A DNA stretch of 64,000 bases from Sphagnum compactum (Eukaryota), in the NCBI GenBank assembly GCA_965153455.1, contig OZ234493.1, positions 34,896,213 through 34,960,212 on the forward strand, read 5' to 3'. Positions 36,381 through 48,950 of this stretch are shown here, in pieces. The translations under genes and the position numbers were made by a program. Within the stretch, counting starts at the first letter, position 1; every line of letters starts with the position of its first letter. Below the pieces are notes generated by a model. That model was not told the origin of the DNA. It searched no databases and saw only the letters and a list, made by a program, of their open reading frames with translations.

Positions 36381-39300
36381 TTGCTAACCGCGTAATGTCT
36401 CTACCCTAACATTCAAGAATATTATTGCAAGTATAATATTAATTGAGATATGTAGGTCATTATCATGTCATCATTATTTTTGCCTTACTATTATAATCAA
36501 TATCCTTTCGAGAAAATTTATTTTTTACCTATGTGATGGTATTGTGGGACGTAATCTAGGAGTTTGAATGCAAAATATATTGGTTTATGGTCAGTCCAAT
36601 AAGCTTCAACAACTCTTGACATGCATCATTGAGAGGGTGCATTTGTCCATATGTGATTAATATGGGATCCATAAATTGTTGTAATTTTTTCAAATTGAAG
36701 TTCCATTGAATATTGGTCCATAAAACTTTGGAGTTCATTTGGTTGTGTTGAGTTTTAATCAAACATGTCAATATTGAAATTGCCAATTATTATCATGGGA
36801 CAATAAAGTGGCATTAGATCCAAAAACTTTTGAAGGTGAATTATCAACGTTGATGAGGATAATGTTGAAGGCTTGTATATTGTTATTATATGAATAGTCT
36901 TTCTTGTATTTGCATTGAATGTTTGTTGCAATATACTCAACCCCTAAAGATGTAAAAGTTTCATGTGATGATAAGGTTGTGAAATTGTCATATGTAATCA
37001 TTGTATCATTTTGACCATTTACACTAATCATTGAATGTGTTTTTGTATCAATGTTCAAAGATGTATTATTAAACGTTAATGTGTTGAAATGTGTTTCATT
37101 GAGGCACAATATGTGAGTTGTTTTGAGATTGTAATCCATAAAACATCATTTTTATGTCAAGGCGACGATTTAATATTGAAAGAATAAATTAGTACATGTG
37201 AATCACGAAATGTATGTGGTTTGGGGACAAGTACATCCCATCGTGCAATGGTTTGCAATCGGTGCATCTCCATGGCAACACTTGGATTAATTTGAAAATC
37301 TTTCATCTACAAGGGTTGTAAAAGGCTAAAAAATTTCCTTTTTCTTAACACGAGAAAATGTTGTATATGTCAAACCATGTTTATAAACATTAGTAGGATC
37401 AAATGCTAAATAATCAAATGTTAATCCTTGTGTTCGATGTATAATTTGTGCTGCAACCAATTGAATGGGAAATTATGTTTTTGTTATAATGTGAGAAGAA
37501 TTTGAACCAATTTGAATATCTTTGGATAAGGGTATTATTGGTGTCCATGTAGGATGTATTTCACGTTCATACAAATGTGCATTTTTTATTCTTGTGAATT
37601 GACCACATTTGGGATTATTAAATAATATCCATATGACTTCTTGCGAATTGATTATTTTAATTGATCCTTAGAATATTCTGTTTGCACCATTTACAAGACC
37701 ATCATGTGTTGCATAATTTTCAGCACAAAGTTCAACCAACATATTTTTCTTTACTTGAACTTCTAAGTGCAATCTTGTTATGAAGTTTGCATCATTTTGT
37801 AATTGAAGTGATTGAGGACATGTATCATGATGTCTATTTTGTGCACGCAATATGAATACATCCCCTTCACTCAAAGGAAAGCCGATTCATTTTGTTTTTG
37901 CTTTGCTTCATTCGTGTAAAATAAATATGAAAATTTTGGATCATTTGGCGGTGTACAGAAACATTGATTATTTATGGTATCCACATTTGATTGCAATTGT
38001 GTTGCAGTTTGAAATCGGTTTAAAATGTTAATGAATTGTTCATCATTTTGGCGCATGATTTATTTCAATTCATAACATTTAACCTTTTCCATGCAAAAAT
38101 TTGGAGATAAACTATCAATGTTGTATGTATTAATTTTGAAAATTCCTACATCACGAACTAGCTAAATTTGATAAAAATCCCCAATGATAATTACATCAAG
38201 ATTTTCAATGAATTTGGTGTGAATACATTTGATTGATTTTAATCAAAAATTAATAAATTATAATAATCTTTTCCCTATTAATGAAATTTCATCATTTTTT
38301 TAATTAAATTATCTATTCGTTTTGAATTTAATGAAGGTAAATCTTTACAATTAAGTGGTATAGAAAGACTTGAATGAATTGTAGTTCCATCAATGTTAAA
38401 TGTTGTTTTTCCAGTATATGCCATGACCAAAGTTTTCTTTTTTAAAGGGTCTAAATGAGGATGTCTATTATAAAAACATATCAAAGCTTGAATTAAAAAC
38501 GTTAATGTGAAAGTTTTACCTATACCAGCACTTCCAATAATGAATTAATGAATTGGTTCATTTGGATTTTGTTTTGTTTTCTGTACATGACATCATCAAA
38601 TATAAGATGTTGTTCATTACTCATTTTTTGAAGTAATGAATGGAATTCATGGGTAGGCATCAATATTGGCTGAATCAATAATAGTGGAGACACCTATACA
38701 TGGGTTAACTATATATTCATTACAAATGTTATATGGTTCCACTCCAGTACAATCAGTATTATTTTGTGAAAAAAACCCAATATTTGCATTAGGAAATTTA
38801 TTCATCCATATGTTAGTGTCATGTTTTGTGTTAATTCAAAAACTTGTGATCCTATGTTTTTCCAATTTCTTGTGTATGCATTATTATTACCAAAATTATA
38901 TATAATTTTTTTCTTAACAAATTGATTTGTATTTCATGCATGTTATATGCCATATTCCATGTGGAATGGTCACCTTTGAAAGTATGTTCATTATCAAATA
39001 AAGGAATAAATAATAATAATTGTTATATATAGTAATTTTTTGGGTCTTGATGTTCATTATAATGCACATAACAAATTATATAAGATTTGCCCCCTTTTTT
39101 TCCTAAGATTTACAATGTCATAATTTGCAACAAATTCAATGAGATAAATGTTACATAAATAGTTAGGTCTTTTGATGTATTTATCAATGATTGACAAACA
39201 CATAATATATGTAGAATCCAAAGGAAATGTTTCTAATGATGCAACATTTTTTAATACAAATGCACATTCTTGTAATGGGGATGTATTAATGAATTTGAAT

Positions 39301-39875
39301 GTTCTAGATGCATGGTACAATGGTATAGACAACATAATATATGCAGCTAGTTGCGTTAACATTTGTTGAATATTAAGAAAAACATTTTTCATCTTTCAAA
39401 TGCGAGTATGTGCTTCAATTTTGTTTTCATTACAACGAATAATTATATTTTTCAACTATTTTGTTATTGTCTTATCTATTTTTGTTAAATAAGTAGTGCA
39501 ATAACTAGTTGCAACAATATAAGGGTCAAGTATGAATTGAACATTTGTGTTTGCTTGCCCAAGATTTCCAACATGATTACCAAAGGGATTTGTTCGTATG
39601 TCTTTACATAATCTTTGTAAAAAACTTATTGGTTTTTAAAGTTTTACTCATAATGCATTGATGTGTGTCTTTTATTTATAAAAAATAATTTTAATAATGC
39701 ACTAAAATGACATAGATGTTGTTTGTAAATCAATTTTATTAAGTTTTTCGAAAATCCTTTTGTTAATTTCACCTAAATGAACCCTCTTTGAAGGGGTTAA
39801 AAATTCCATTGGGAATGGTTCAAGAATTTGTGTTTTTTCCATAAGAGGCCTTGGAAAATTAAATCAACAAATGGC
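36381..39875 (-). mobile_element. Decayed Helitron Rep/PIF1 helicase with C-terminal apurinic-type (EEP) endonuclease (Helentron-like), copy 1
   Basis: Ordered fragments. Rep C-terminal part: IC*FNFPRPLMEKTQILEP, FILDPY, FLNIQQM..QLAAYIMLSIPL..ASRTFKFINTSP. Helicase: GIGKTFTL, MAYTGKTTFNIDGTTIHS, MRQNDEQFINILNRF, DGLVNG, FPIQLVAAQIIHRTQGLT, GLTYTTFSRV. Endonuclease: SFNIKS, HILCLNETH, ITIYKP, IIIGNFNIDM, HIWTN..YWTDHKPIYF. Confidence 0.85.
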
Positions 39876-40910
39876 TTATACAACATTCGCTTGAATTTGT
39901 TCAAAAGAACATTTGTATCTATTTTCTCCATTGTTCGATAAAAACTTCCAAATTGTTTTTGTTATAAAAGAAAAAATGTCTTGTCTTAGAACAAGCACAT
40001 GATACAAATTAACAAGTGCATCTCTAGAATCTTATCGTAAGGGATTCATAGTGATACAATCTTTAAACACGCATTCTTTGACTTTACATTTTGAAAAGAT
40101 TTTAGCATATATTCAAATATGTCACCATCAGCTATCCTTTGCTTAAATGAATTAAGAATTCAAAACATTCACACAAACCAATCAATTTTAAATGCACTTT
40201 CAAAAAAATTAATGTTTTGTCATGTTACAATGGACATGAAACAATGGTATTTTATGATTCAATTATGTCCTTAAGAGAAACAATCTTTTTAACACATTTT
40301 TCAACAAAAACACACCAGAAGCATTCTACGATATTGTAATCTACAAATTGTCACAAATGTAAACAAACTATTTCATTTCTATTTTAAAAATTACATTAAA
40401 ATAAATGCATACAAACTGCCCAACTATAATAGTTGAAGATTTTAACATAAACATGTTAATAGATATACCTCAATCAAAAACATTACAAAACTACATGGAT
40501 AAATATGAATTTTAAAAAAAAAATCTTTAAAAATACAACCCTTAATAATACACAAATATACCATATATGGACTAATGCACCAACACAACAATGTCATGTT
40601 GGATCAACAAAAGCTTATTGGACAAATCATAAACCTGTATATATATTGCATTTAAATTACCTAATTTTGTTCATCAATTCATCATACCATAGATTAAACA
40701 TACAATTTTATTCAAAAACACAACATATTCAAAAGTTAAACATATTTCAAAATTTGAAGTTCTATAAAAAAAGAGAGTAAATTAACATAATATTATGGTT
40801 TGATTTGAAGAAAAACAAAATCATTATTACTATTATTATTATTTTGAAAAATTATAATAATTAATAATTAATAGATTATATTAATATTAACATTGCCGCG
40901 GTAATTAGTA
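39876..40910 (+). mobile_element. Second Helentron-like fragment (helicase C-terminus + endonuclease + 3' end), opposite orientation
   Basis: AYTTFA*ICSKEHLYLFSPL..NFQ (after helicase motif VI), SLNTHSLTLH, ILCLNE, IVIYK, CPTIIVEDFNINML, HIWTNAP..AYWTNHKPVY. It ends with the near-palindrome ATTGCCGCGGTAAT followed by TAG (40892-40908), resembling the far end of copy 1. Confidence 0.75.
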
Positions 40911-41458
40911 ATCCCAGTCATCTTGGTCATTTTGACTACCTAGTCATTTACTTAGTCCTTGTAGAATTGCATTTAGCTGATGAACATTTAAAGTCCAGCT
41001 TGATTCTTGTGCACTTTACCCCAAGTATCCTTTTGTGCATCAGATGCGCCTGCTGCTGGCTACCAATGCAGCAGACTCTCATTTATATTTTGCATAAACC
41101 CAAAGTTCTTATCAATTTGCAACTTCTGCAATAAAGAATTGAAGCTTTGCTTGCTTTATGTTTTTTCAAAAATGTTTCCACTTGCTTCTGATGAGATGTG
41201 GCAGGATTGTGTACTTCCCATAGTTTCAATCTCAGATGTTTTTACACAACAAGAGACATCGAACTTAACAAAAAAGTGATTTATCTTCTTTCTGAAATTG
41301 GACCCAAGTACAGTTTTCTTTACACCGAACGGAACATTTTGAGGAGTGTTTCATATTTAACAAACCTCTGCAAGCTCTGGAATCCTTCTGAAAGGGTGAG
41401 TGGCACACTTTATATGGCTCAGCTTCCTCTAGTGCTGGATAGATCCACAGGAACAACA

Positions 41459-43317
41459 CTAGGGTTGGCTACCATTTGCTTTAAACTCTACCTCTTTGAG
41501 ATCTACTGCCCAACCTTTCCCAGTGTGCTTCCAATAGTCAGCCAATGGGTGCAAAACAGTTGGTCCCTCAATGTCAGCCCGGCTCGCCTTGAGTTCGGAA
41601 GTTGAGAGACCGTACTTAGCATCTCGCTTCTTGATCATTTCCTCGGGAATTTGACCCAGTGGATGCTCTTGTGGAGACATCATTAATGCTGGTGGTCCCA
41701 ATGGCAGTCTATCACCTGTTCATTGTTACGTCCCCCCCACACCCGCCCAGACAGACATGTGGGTTTCAAATGGGAATTTAGAACAGCAATTTTTCCTGAC
41801 TATCCAGAATTTTTCTTAGCTGCAAGCAACATCTTGGAATTCATTAAAACTTGAGCCCAAATTCCTTGTGGGGGGAAGAGATTGTACCACGGTCAAATTG
41901 CCAAGTGCACCAAAACTTTCCATAAGTCTTTGCTAATTTCTTAAGCTCCTGTTTTTGCATCACTTCTGGCACCCCTGGGTTCACCCACAATCCTTCCTTT
42001 ATCTGTACAGAAAGTTACCCCAGAGCCACTCAACTCTGCATTAGAGAAGCATCCAGTAGAAACCGTAAAACATCTAGGACTGCTTGCTTCATCATCGTTA
42101 GCCAAATCTCAGCTGCTTATAGATCCTGAGTCATTCCAAAACTGCTATAAAATGGAAAGCATAAGTGTACCATCAGTAGTTACTAAACCCTAGAAAGATT
42201 AGAACTTCTTCCACCTCATAAAAATGAGAATGCCACAGCTTTTTCTCTTCATCAGGTAGTGCCAAAAACAATCGCTCAGACACAATGTACTCCACTCCTG
42301 TATCAAAAGTTCCAAGTCGAGTTCCTATCAGGCACTGTGTAAAATTGGATTTGAAACACAAAATCCTCTTGTATATAACACTATGTTACCAATCCTGTCC
42401 CTACAACCCATCATGGCATTTTGCCAATTGAGTGCAAGGCAACCCATGATGCTTTTTTTTACCAGAGAGAGAGAGTAGCACCACATTAACCAGCAGTATC
42501 CAGTGCCCATTCACAGGCGCCTGCAGATACCCACTTGGTATTGTGGTTTTTCATATGAATACTTATGAATAGGTCTGTGCTTTCCAGATCAGGTGTTTGT
42601 GCAGTCTAGTTGCAATGCATGTGTCTAGGATCAGAACTTGCTTGATGTGTTTTGGAATTGCATATTAAGAATTTCAAGGCTTGATGAAGTATGATTGGAG
42701 TTGCTTACTTGAATGGTCATGAGAAGTATTTAAGCTTAGGTCTAGTTCCACCCTAATCATCATAGAAATCAATCGCCCAAATCTTGCCATAGAAAATGAG
42801 TGCATGCATACCAATCAAGCGAGCATCAGTCTCATCCGAGTCATAAACAAGACATTGTAACACATCTTCATTGAGTCGGGCTGCATAATGATGTGTCTCA
42901 ATTTTGCGTTTCATGTCATGTGAAAATATTGCCCAAGTGCACACATGCTGCCAAACCCAAAAAAATCAGCGCCAAATTTCATCATTCAAGTACTACTGCT
43001 GCTGCTATTACTACTCTGGTTATCAAACCATATGGCAAGCATTTCCAGGCGAAAAAGAAAAGCACTCTTTAAGAAGAAGAGCACAACTTAGGAACCCACA
43101 AATTTAAAGAGCATTCATCGATTTGAAGGAAGGCTGGTCATATGAATTCCACATTAGATTATTATACCTGATTAAACTGTTTGATGGGTGTCAAAGACTG
43201 TATAAGCCCTGCACTTTGCTCCAGGATGTGAGATGTCACAGTCTTTGGAGCTCCAGGCACATCCTCAGGAGTAGATGGAGCGGGTACCCCACATGGATGC
43301 TTGTCACTGCTTGCCAT
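41459..43317 (-). CDS. OBAP2: Oil body-associated protein (OBAP2-like, DUF1264), intact, 5 exons
   Basis: Exons 43317-43168, 42947-42812, 42297-42215, 42002-41888 and 41715-41459 have in-phase GT-AG introns. Protein: MASSDKHP...PIKQFNQHVCTWAIFSHDMKRKIETHHY...QCLVYDSD..ARLIGVEYIVSE..WHSHFYEIKEG...KTYGKFWCTWQFDRGDRLPLGPPALMMS...ADYWK. A TATAT box-like motif lies at ~43420. Confidence 0.93.
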
Positions 43318-43591
43318 CTGTTGCTCCAAATCCCCTCCACACACACACACAAATTCTGGTTGCAGTCTTTTAAGCTTGTTGAGCTTGAGTTCTGCAGAGC
43401 TTGGGTCCTGGGCTATACATATAAAAGGGCACAGAAAGCTGGCAGGAAAGAAGTGCTGTCTTTCTTTCAGAGCTGAGATGCAACAACAAAGGGGAGTAGG
43501 CTAAAAACAGTAACAACAACAACAAGGAGATGACGAGATGAAGGAAAGCAAAGAGAACACAAGAAAATAGAGGATAATTTTGTGATAGAAT

Positions 43592-43631
<40 letters not shown>

Positions 43632-43853
43632 ACCAAGAGAAGGGGACATGCAGAACAGCATGGGGTTAGGACACTGGACTACATCCATGTCAGCCACATG
43701 TCAAGAAATCCATAGTTTGCACCCACTTGGCAATTGTGTGTTATCTAGAAGATGATTTGCTGCTTTCTTTCTTCACTTTGTTGTGCTGGATGTGGGGACC
43801 ATGCAACACCCACCCACCATTTCCATGGCTCTCAAAACACTGTTTGGAAAAGC

Positions 43854-43989
43854 AGTAGGGTTTAGGATTCAGTAGGGTTTAGGGTTCAGTAGGGGTTAGG
43901 GTCTAGTAGGGTTTAGGGTTCAGTAGGGGTTAGGGTCTGGTAGGGTTTAGGGTTCAGTAGGGGCTAGGGTCTGGTAGGGTTTAGGGTTC
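43854..43989 (+). repeat. Telomere-motif-derived tandem array, 17-bp units x8 forming a 34-bp higher-order repeat
   Basis: Units alternate between (A/G)GTAGGGTTTAGGGTTC and AGTAGGGG(T/C)TAGGGTCT; the first type contains the plant telomere motif TTTAGGG. Confidence 0.9.
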
Positions 43990-46333
43990 AGTGACCTATG
44001 AGATGATCCTACAACAGTGCCAAAAAGGATTAGGGTTAAGGACCAGTCAGTGTTGGGCGGGTAAGTCTTCTACCCTGATAAACCCATGGTGTATTATAAC
44101 ATATACTATATACCCGTGTTGGCTGGTTATTGCTTTTTTTTCTTCTTTTTTTCCCAATAAATGTAATGATTTTTTTTTTTTTTAATTCAATTTTTGTTTT
44201 GGGACCACCACAGGTTGTCAAAATAAATTGGGTAAATAACCATCGGCGATGCATAAGGTTGGGTTATCATATAATCGGTCATGTTATCCTGTTGGTTATC
44301 AATCGGTTATAAGTTATTTTTATTTTATAATTATTTTAAATGATTTTTCTATTAGTATTTGATGATTGAGAACCTGTTTGGATGATAATTGGGCCATGCA
44401 GGTAGGTTATTAGATTCTTGAAAATACGATACCAAGCAGTTGTCAACTACCTGGTTATCAAGTCGGTTATTAATAACCTACCAGATACCCTAGTTGGGGC
44501 ACCCATCAAGGCTTAAATTGCTCAAACTGGACTAAAAAATGTGGAAGATATGGGGCTGGAATTAGAGAGGGGTCTAGAGTTAGTTATTTTTCCAAAAAAT
44601 TTGAAGCAAACTATCACTCACCCTCTTCCTATGTTTTCTGCATTGCTCCTATTATCGCATTGGATCCAACTTTTGAAAGTTTTTACCTTATTAAAACCAT
44701 TTTCACATTAGATGAATTGGTTTCTTTGGTGAAAGTGTTTAGACTGTTTAGATTGGAACGGATTGTTTTGGTGTTCACAGTGTGGACACAGTAAGTAGGT
44801 GCACAACATCTTATCTATTGGCAGGGCCAGCATGTTTGTGATGCCTTCCTTGTTAATGACACTCAAAAAAAGACTGTTTGTAGCCCTCCAGTTTGCACAT
44901 CCAATGATACAAAAGTCGCTCAATTTGGTTAATGGATGAGGAAAAACATATTTAAAAAAATCATTCGATGATAACTATACGTTCAATGAATACCCTAATT
45001 CAAAGGTGTTTTTTAATAAATTTGATAAAACCTGCAGTTCAAACGGTTGCATACAACATGGTTCTTTGCATTTCAAGACCCTCGACTCTTGATGCTTTGA
45101 GAAATCGGAGGCAAGTCCAGTTCCAAACTGAATCTAGTAGGTACTTACCGAACCATGCATGCGTCCAAACTGAAAGTTTTCTAGTTACTAGCATAGTACA
45201 CCAATCAAAAAGGACAATACATATATCAACTACATGTCTAAACCCAAAATAAAGGGGAAAAACATGATTCATCAAAATGGTTTTGGCCAGGATATTAGCA
45301 CAGTGTCCTTCCTTGATGGGTGGTGAAAGGCATAGCAAAGTTGTGCACCTGCCAGAGAAGAGTGTAATAAATATGATCTGACTGGTACTCTTATGTTTCT
45401 GATTGGTCCATCTTAATGATTAGTCCAGGTGGTTTGCTATTGGTAGTGTCCCCCACCTACCGATTTGTAATCTCAGCTTCAGTTTTATGGGTGTTGTTGC
45501 AAAAAATTAATTAACCAAACTTGGATGTGAGAACTCTTGTGGACATACTGAGCTCTGTGAGGGATTCGTAATGGAGTCTCAGCAAAAATTAGTTGAAACT
45601 GATATGCCTGAAATCCTAGGAGATACCTAGTTGATGCCAAAAACCAAATCTCCAAGGGGCCTAATTCCCTAAGCCCTATTGAAAAAAATCCTCAATAGTT
45701 TTCATGTCCATTGTTTCAAACTTGTATTAGGTATATATGGACATCATGTGTTACTATGGATTTATGTTCATAGATATTATTTCTAGATTTTAAATCACAT
45801 ATAAATTGATTTGATGTATAAATTAAAATTCACTACTAACTAATATTCATTAAAACATCAAATGTCAATAATCTAGATCATCAAGAAATTGTACTAAATT
45901 ATTCCCACCTTCCTGGTCAAATTTCTAGATTATAGTTCTTATTTAGTAAATTATAAAAGTCCCATTAATTTACAAGTTTATGGTATGCTCTTGGTGGCAA
46001 GTGAAGGGCTCGAACGTACGGGCCTTGGAGCCTTCTGGGCCACCCTTTGTTACACCATATTTGGGCCAAAGGCCTTGAGGATTGAAATCGCGTTCAATGA
46101 CTTTTCAATGAGCACCATCAAGATATGTGATTAAAGTCACATTGGTGAGAACTCCAAGAAGCATCTTTTATGGCAAAGTCCTTCTAAGACTATTATTTGA
46201 GATCTCTAGTGATCACCATCATGATAAGTTGCTTATAGGTTCAATGTTTAGTATTTAAATCGATCTTGAGTTTTGTTTTTATTTATCTTTTTGTACACAC
46301 ATTTTTTTTCCAAGAGCAATTTTATTCTTTTAT

Positions 46334-47434
46334 TGGTATTAAAGTTTGATCATTGAATTGTTTTCAACTATTACAAATGATAATCCAATGTCAAACTATG
46401 TGCATGGATACAATGTTTGATTTTTTTCTTTTGGGAATTATTTCTAAATCTATAAGCTTCATACACATATTAGTGCTAGAAAATTGACACAATTTAGATA
46501 AGATGCAAGAGTCTTTTTCTCCATGGCTCATTCGAACAAGCTGAAAGGTTTAGCAAACTCCGATGTCCAAAAGGTTAAGATGAAAATGTTTTTCAAGGAA
46601 AGAAGCTTTGCGATGTGATTACTCCAATTGGAGCAACTACAACTATTACACAATTGCAACAATTGCAATAACATCATTTTCTTTTTCATCCATATCAACA
46701 CAATAATTGTCAACTAAGGCGAAATCAATTGCGCTTTTTTTTGGGTTAGATAGTTTACCAAGATGAGTTACACAAGATCATATCATTCATACATAACCAA
46801 GATGACCTTGCCCCCCAAAAGAAGATAATTCAAAATATTTATGAATGAAAGAACATGATGGAAACATTGTCCCTTGTGAACAAGTTGCACATTTTCAAGA
46901 TGGATAAAAAAGGGAAGATGATGGCTAATTTTGTGCATATTGGCAAAAACACCACCATGATTTTGTGAATTGCAAGAAAACTAGTCAATGGCAATACCAT
47001 CATCCATTTGATGTTTGATGCATTGCTAGCAAGTTTCAAAACTTTCAAAACTTTTGTACAAACAATAATCAAATACAATGAACTCCCAACATTTGATAAA
47101 CTTCTCAACAAGCTTCTCAACAAAAAAAGAGTTCGAAGTCCAAATTGGGCAAATTAAGAGATAATGAAACCTTTTCTACTTTGAAGTGGTAGTTTCAACA
47201 ACTTTGGGAAAAAAAAAATGGACGAAACAACTCATTCAAAAATAATCAAGAAGGGCATAATAAAAAACATGGAGGGTGCCACTGCGATTGCAAAAAGTCC
47301 ACATGTTAAACAATAAAATGTCCTCATCCAAAAGGCTATGCAATCAAGAAATTACATGAGCAAGTTGTCAAAATGATGGAAGTAGAACCAACTTTAGACA
47401 AAGAAAAGACAATTATATGACAAAATTAAAATGC
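46334..47434 (+). mobile_element. Ty1/copia LTR-retrotransposon remnant (degenerate PBS + gag)
   Basis: TGGTATTAAAG at 46334-46344 resembles the tRNA-iMet PBS TGGTATCAGAG. Downstream fragments NKLKGLANSDVQKVKMKM and KLHIFKMDKKGKMMANFVH...LLASFKTFKTFVQTIIKYNELPTFDKLLNKLL resemble copia gag (UBN2-type). The remnant is cut at 47435. Confidence 0.55.
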
Positions 47435-48000
47435 CACTATAAAAAAAACGAATTGGTCTTTGCAACTAGGTTTTAATTGCATGCAACGTTTACGACTAAA
47501 ATGCCATTATTCATGTTGGACAAAGCGCATTTAACCATAGTTGTAAACAATACGATTTTTGGATGGAAAATAAAAGTCAACAAAATACATTTTCATCCTT
47601 TGACTAATTGTATACATATTGTTGTTTGTAACTAACATGCAACTAATTTGGTCAACGTTAACAAAAAAAATGATGTGTCACCATCTGGTAGCATTTTTGA
47701 ATTTTTCAAATCGATTTTCATTTAATTTTGAAACAAATCACGTCATCTATTTTGGATGGTTTTATATCATGACACGTGGCACATTTTTAAAAATTCAAAT
47801 ATAATTTTTTTTTCCATTTTTAAAGGTCAATTATTTAGTGGTAAGTGACACATTTAGGTCTATTTAATATTTTTTACTAATTAATTTAATTTGGATTGTT
47901 TAATTTAAGGATAATAGGATGTTGACATGTGACATTTATATAAATAGGTAAATAATGTAAGCCTGAGGAGGTAAGTAAATAGACCTAGGTTAGTTAGGTA
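47435..48000 (+). mobile_element. CACTA-like element terminus
   Basis: Begins CACTATAAAAAAAACG followed by TTGCAACTA subterminal motifs; homologous to 20780-21368. Confidence 0.6.
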
Positions 48001-48950
48001 GTTTTTAAATAAACTTATTTTATTTTGGGTTTAACCTTTAGGGTTGAACTTCTTTTATTAATTCATCCTTTGAAGTGGTGATTTTTTTTTCAAAATACCA
48101 AGGTGTTTTGGCAAGCTACATACAAACCCATATGTAGTTATTCATGGCAATTTGAAAAGGTGAAGAGTAAATGGCTATGGATGCCTTTTATTTTAATTAA
48201 GTAAATTTTTGCTCCTTAAGAATTGAAGCACTCAAAATTAAGTGATGATCCAAGGCAACATATGATAAGTGTGTTGGCAATTGTTTCTAATGAAATATTG
48301 TATGGCGATCAAGTAAATGGTAATGTAAGAAACATGGTGACCATTTTCATTTTGTAGGTGATTGATTGACAATCTTAGTTGTTCAATATTAGGACATAAA
48401 GAAACAAAATGAAAGAAATTGCAAAAAAAAGGGGTTTGAACATTGATCCTTAAAATACTTGCCCACTGCAACCAAACCCAAATTTGTACAAGCCACACAC
48501 ATTAAAACCATACATGCATGGCCACATTAGTAAGAAGTTGTCAATGTATCACAACAAAAACCACTAGTATAGCACCCACCCACAATGCAACAATAACATA
48601 AACAAAGCAACACACATGCAATGTATAGAAATTGAAAAAAACATAATTTGATTCAATGAAGAAAATTTGAAGTGGAAATCCAAACCTCCATTAATTTATA
48701 TAATCCTTAAAAGCCACATACATCAAGTACCAAGTTGAATTGTTGATCAACAATTATAATCCTCATGCCAACAACCATAACAAATTTTTTATTGCCATAC
48801 AAGCTACAAGTGCAAGAATTAATAAATCATTTGCACCATGAGTTACTAGCAAAAAACATCAAAAATCTAACAATCAATTGCATATTTCATCTTATTATCA
48901 TTCTAATCTTTTGTGGCATCCCCAAAAGGAAAATTGTCTACAGTGTAATG

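Noticed and set aside
36381..40911. Apparent terminal inverted repeats enclosing a single Helentron
   Set aside because: Coding remnants show two oppositely oriented copies, so the motifs are better explained as two 3' ends.
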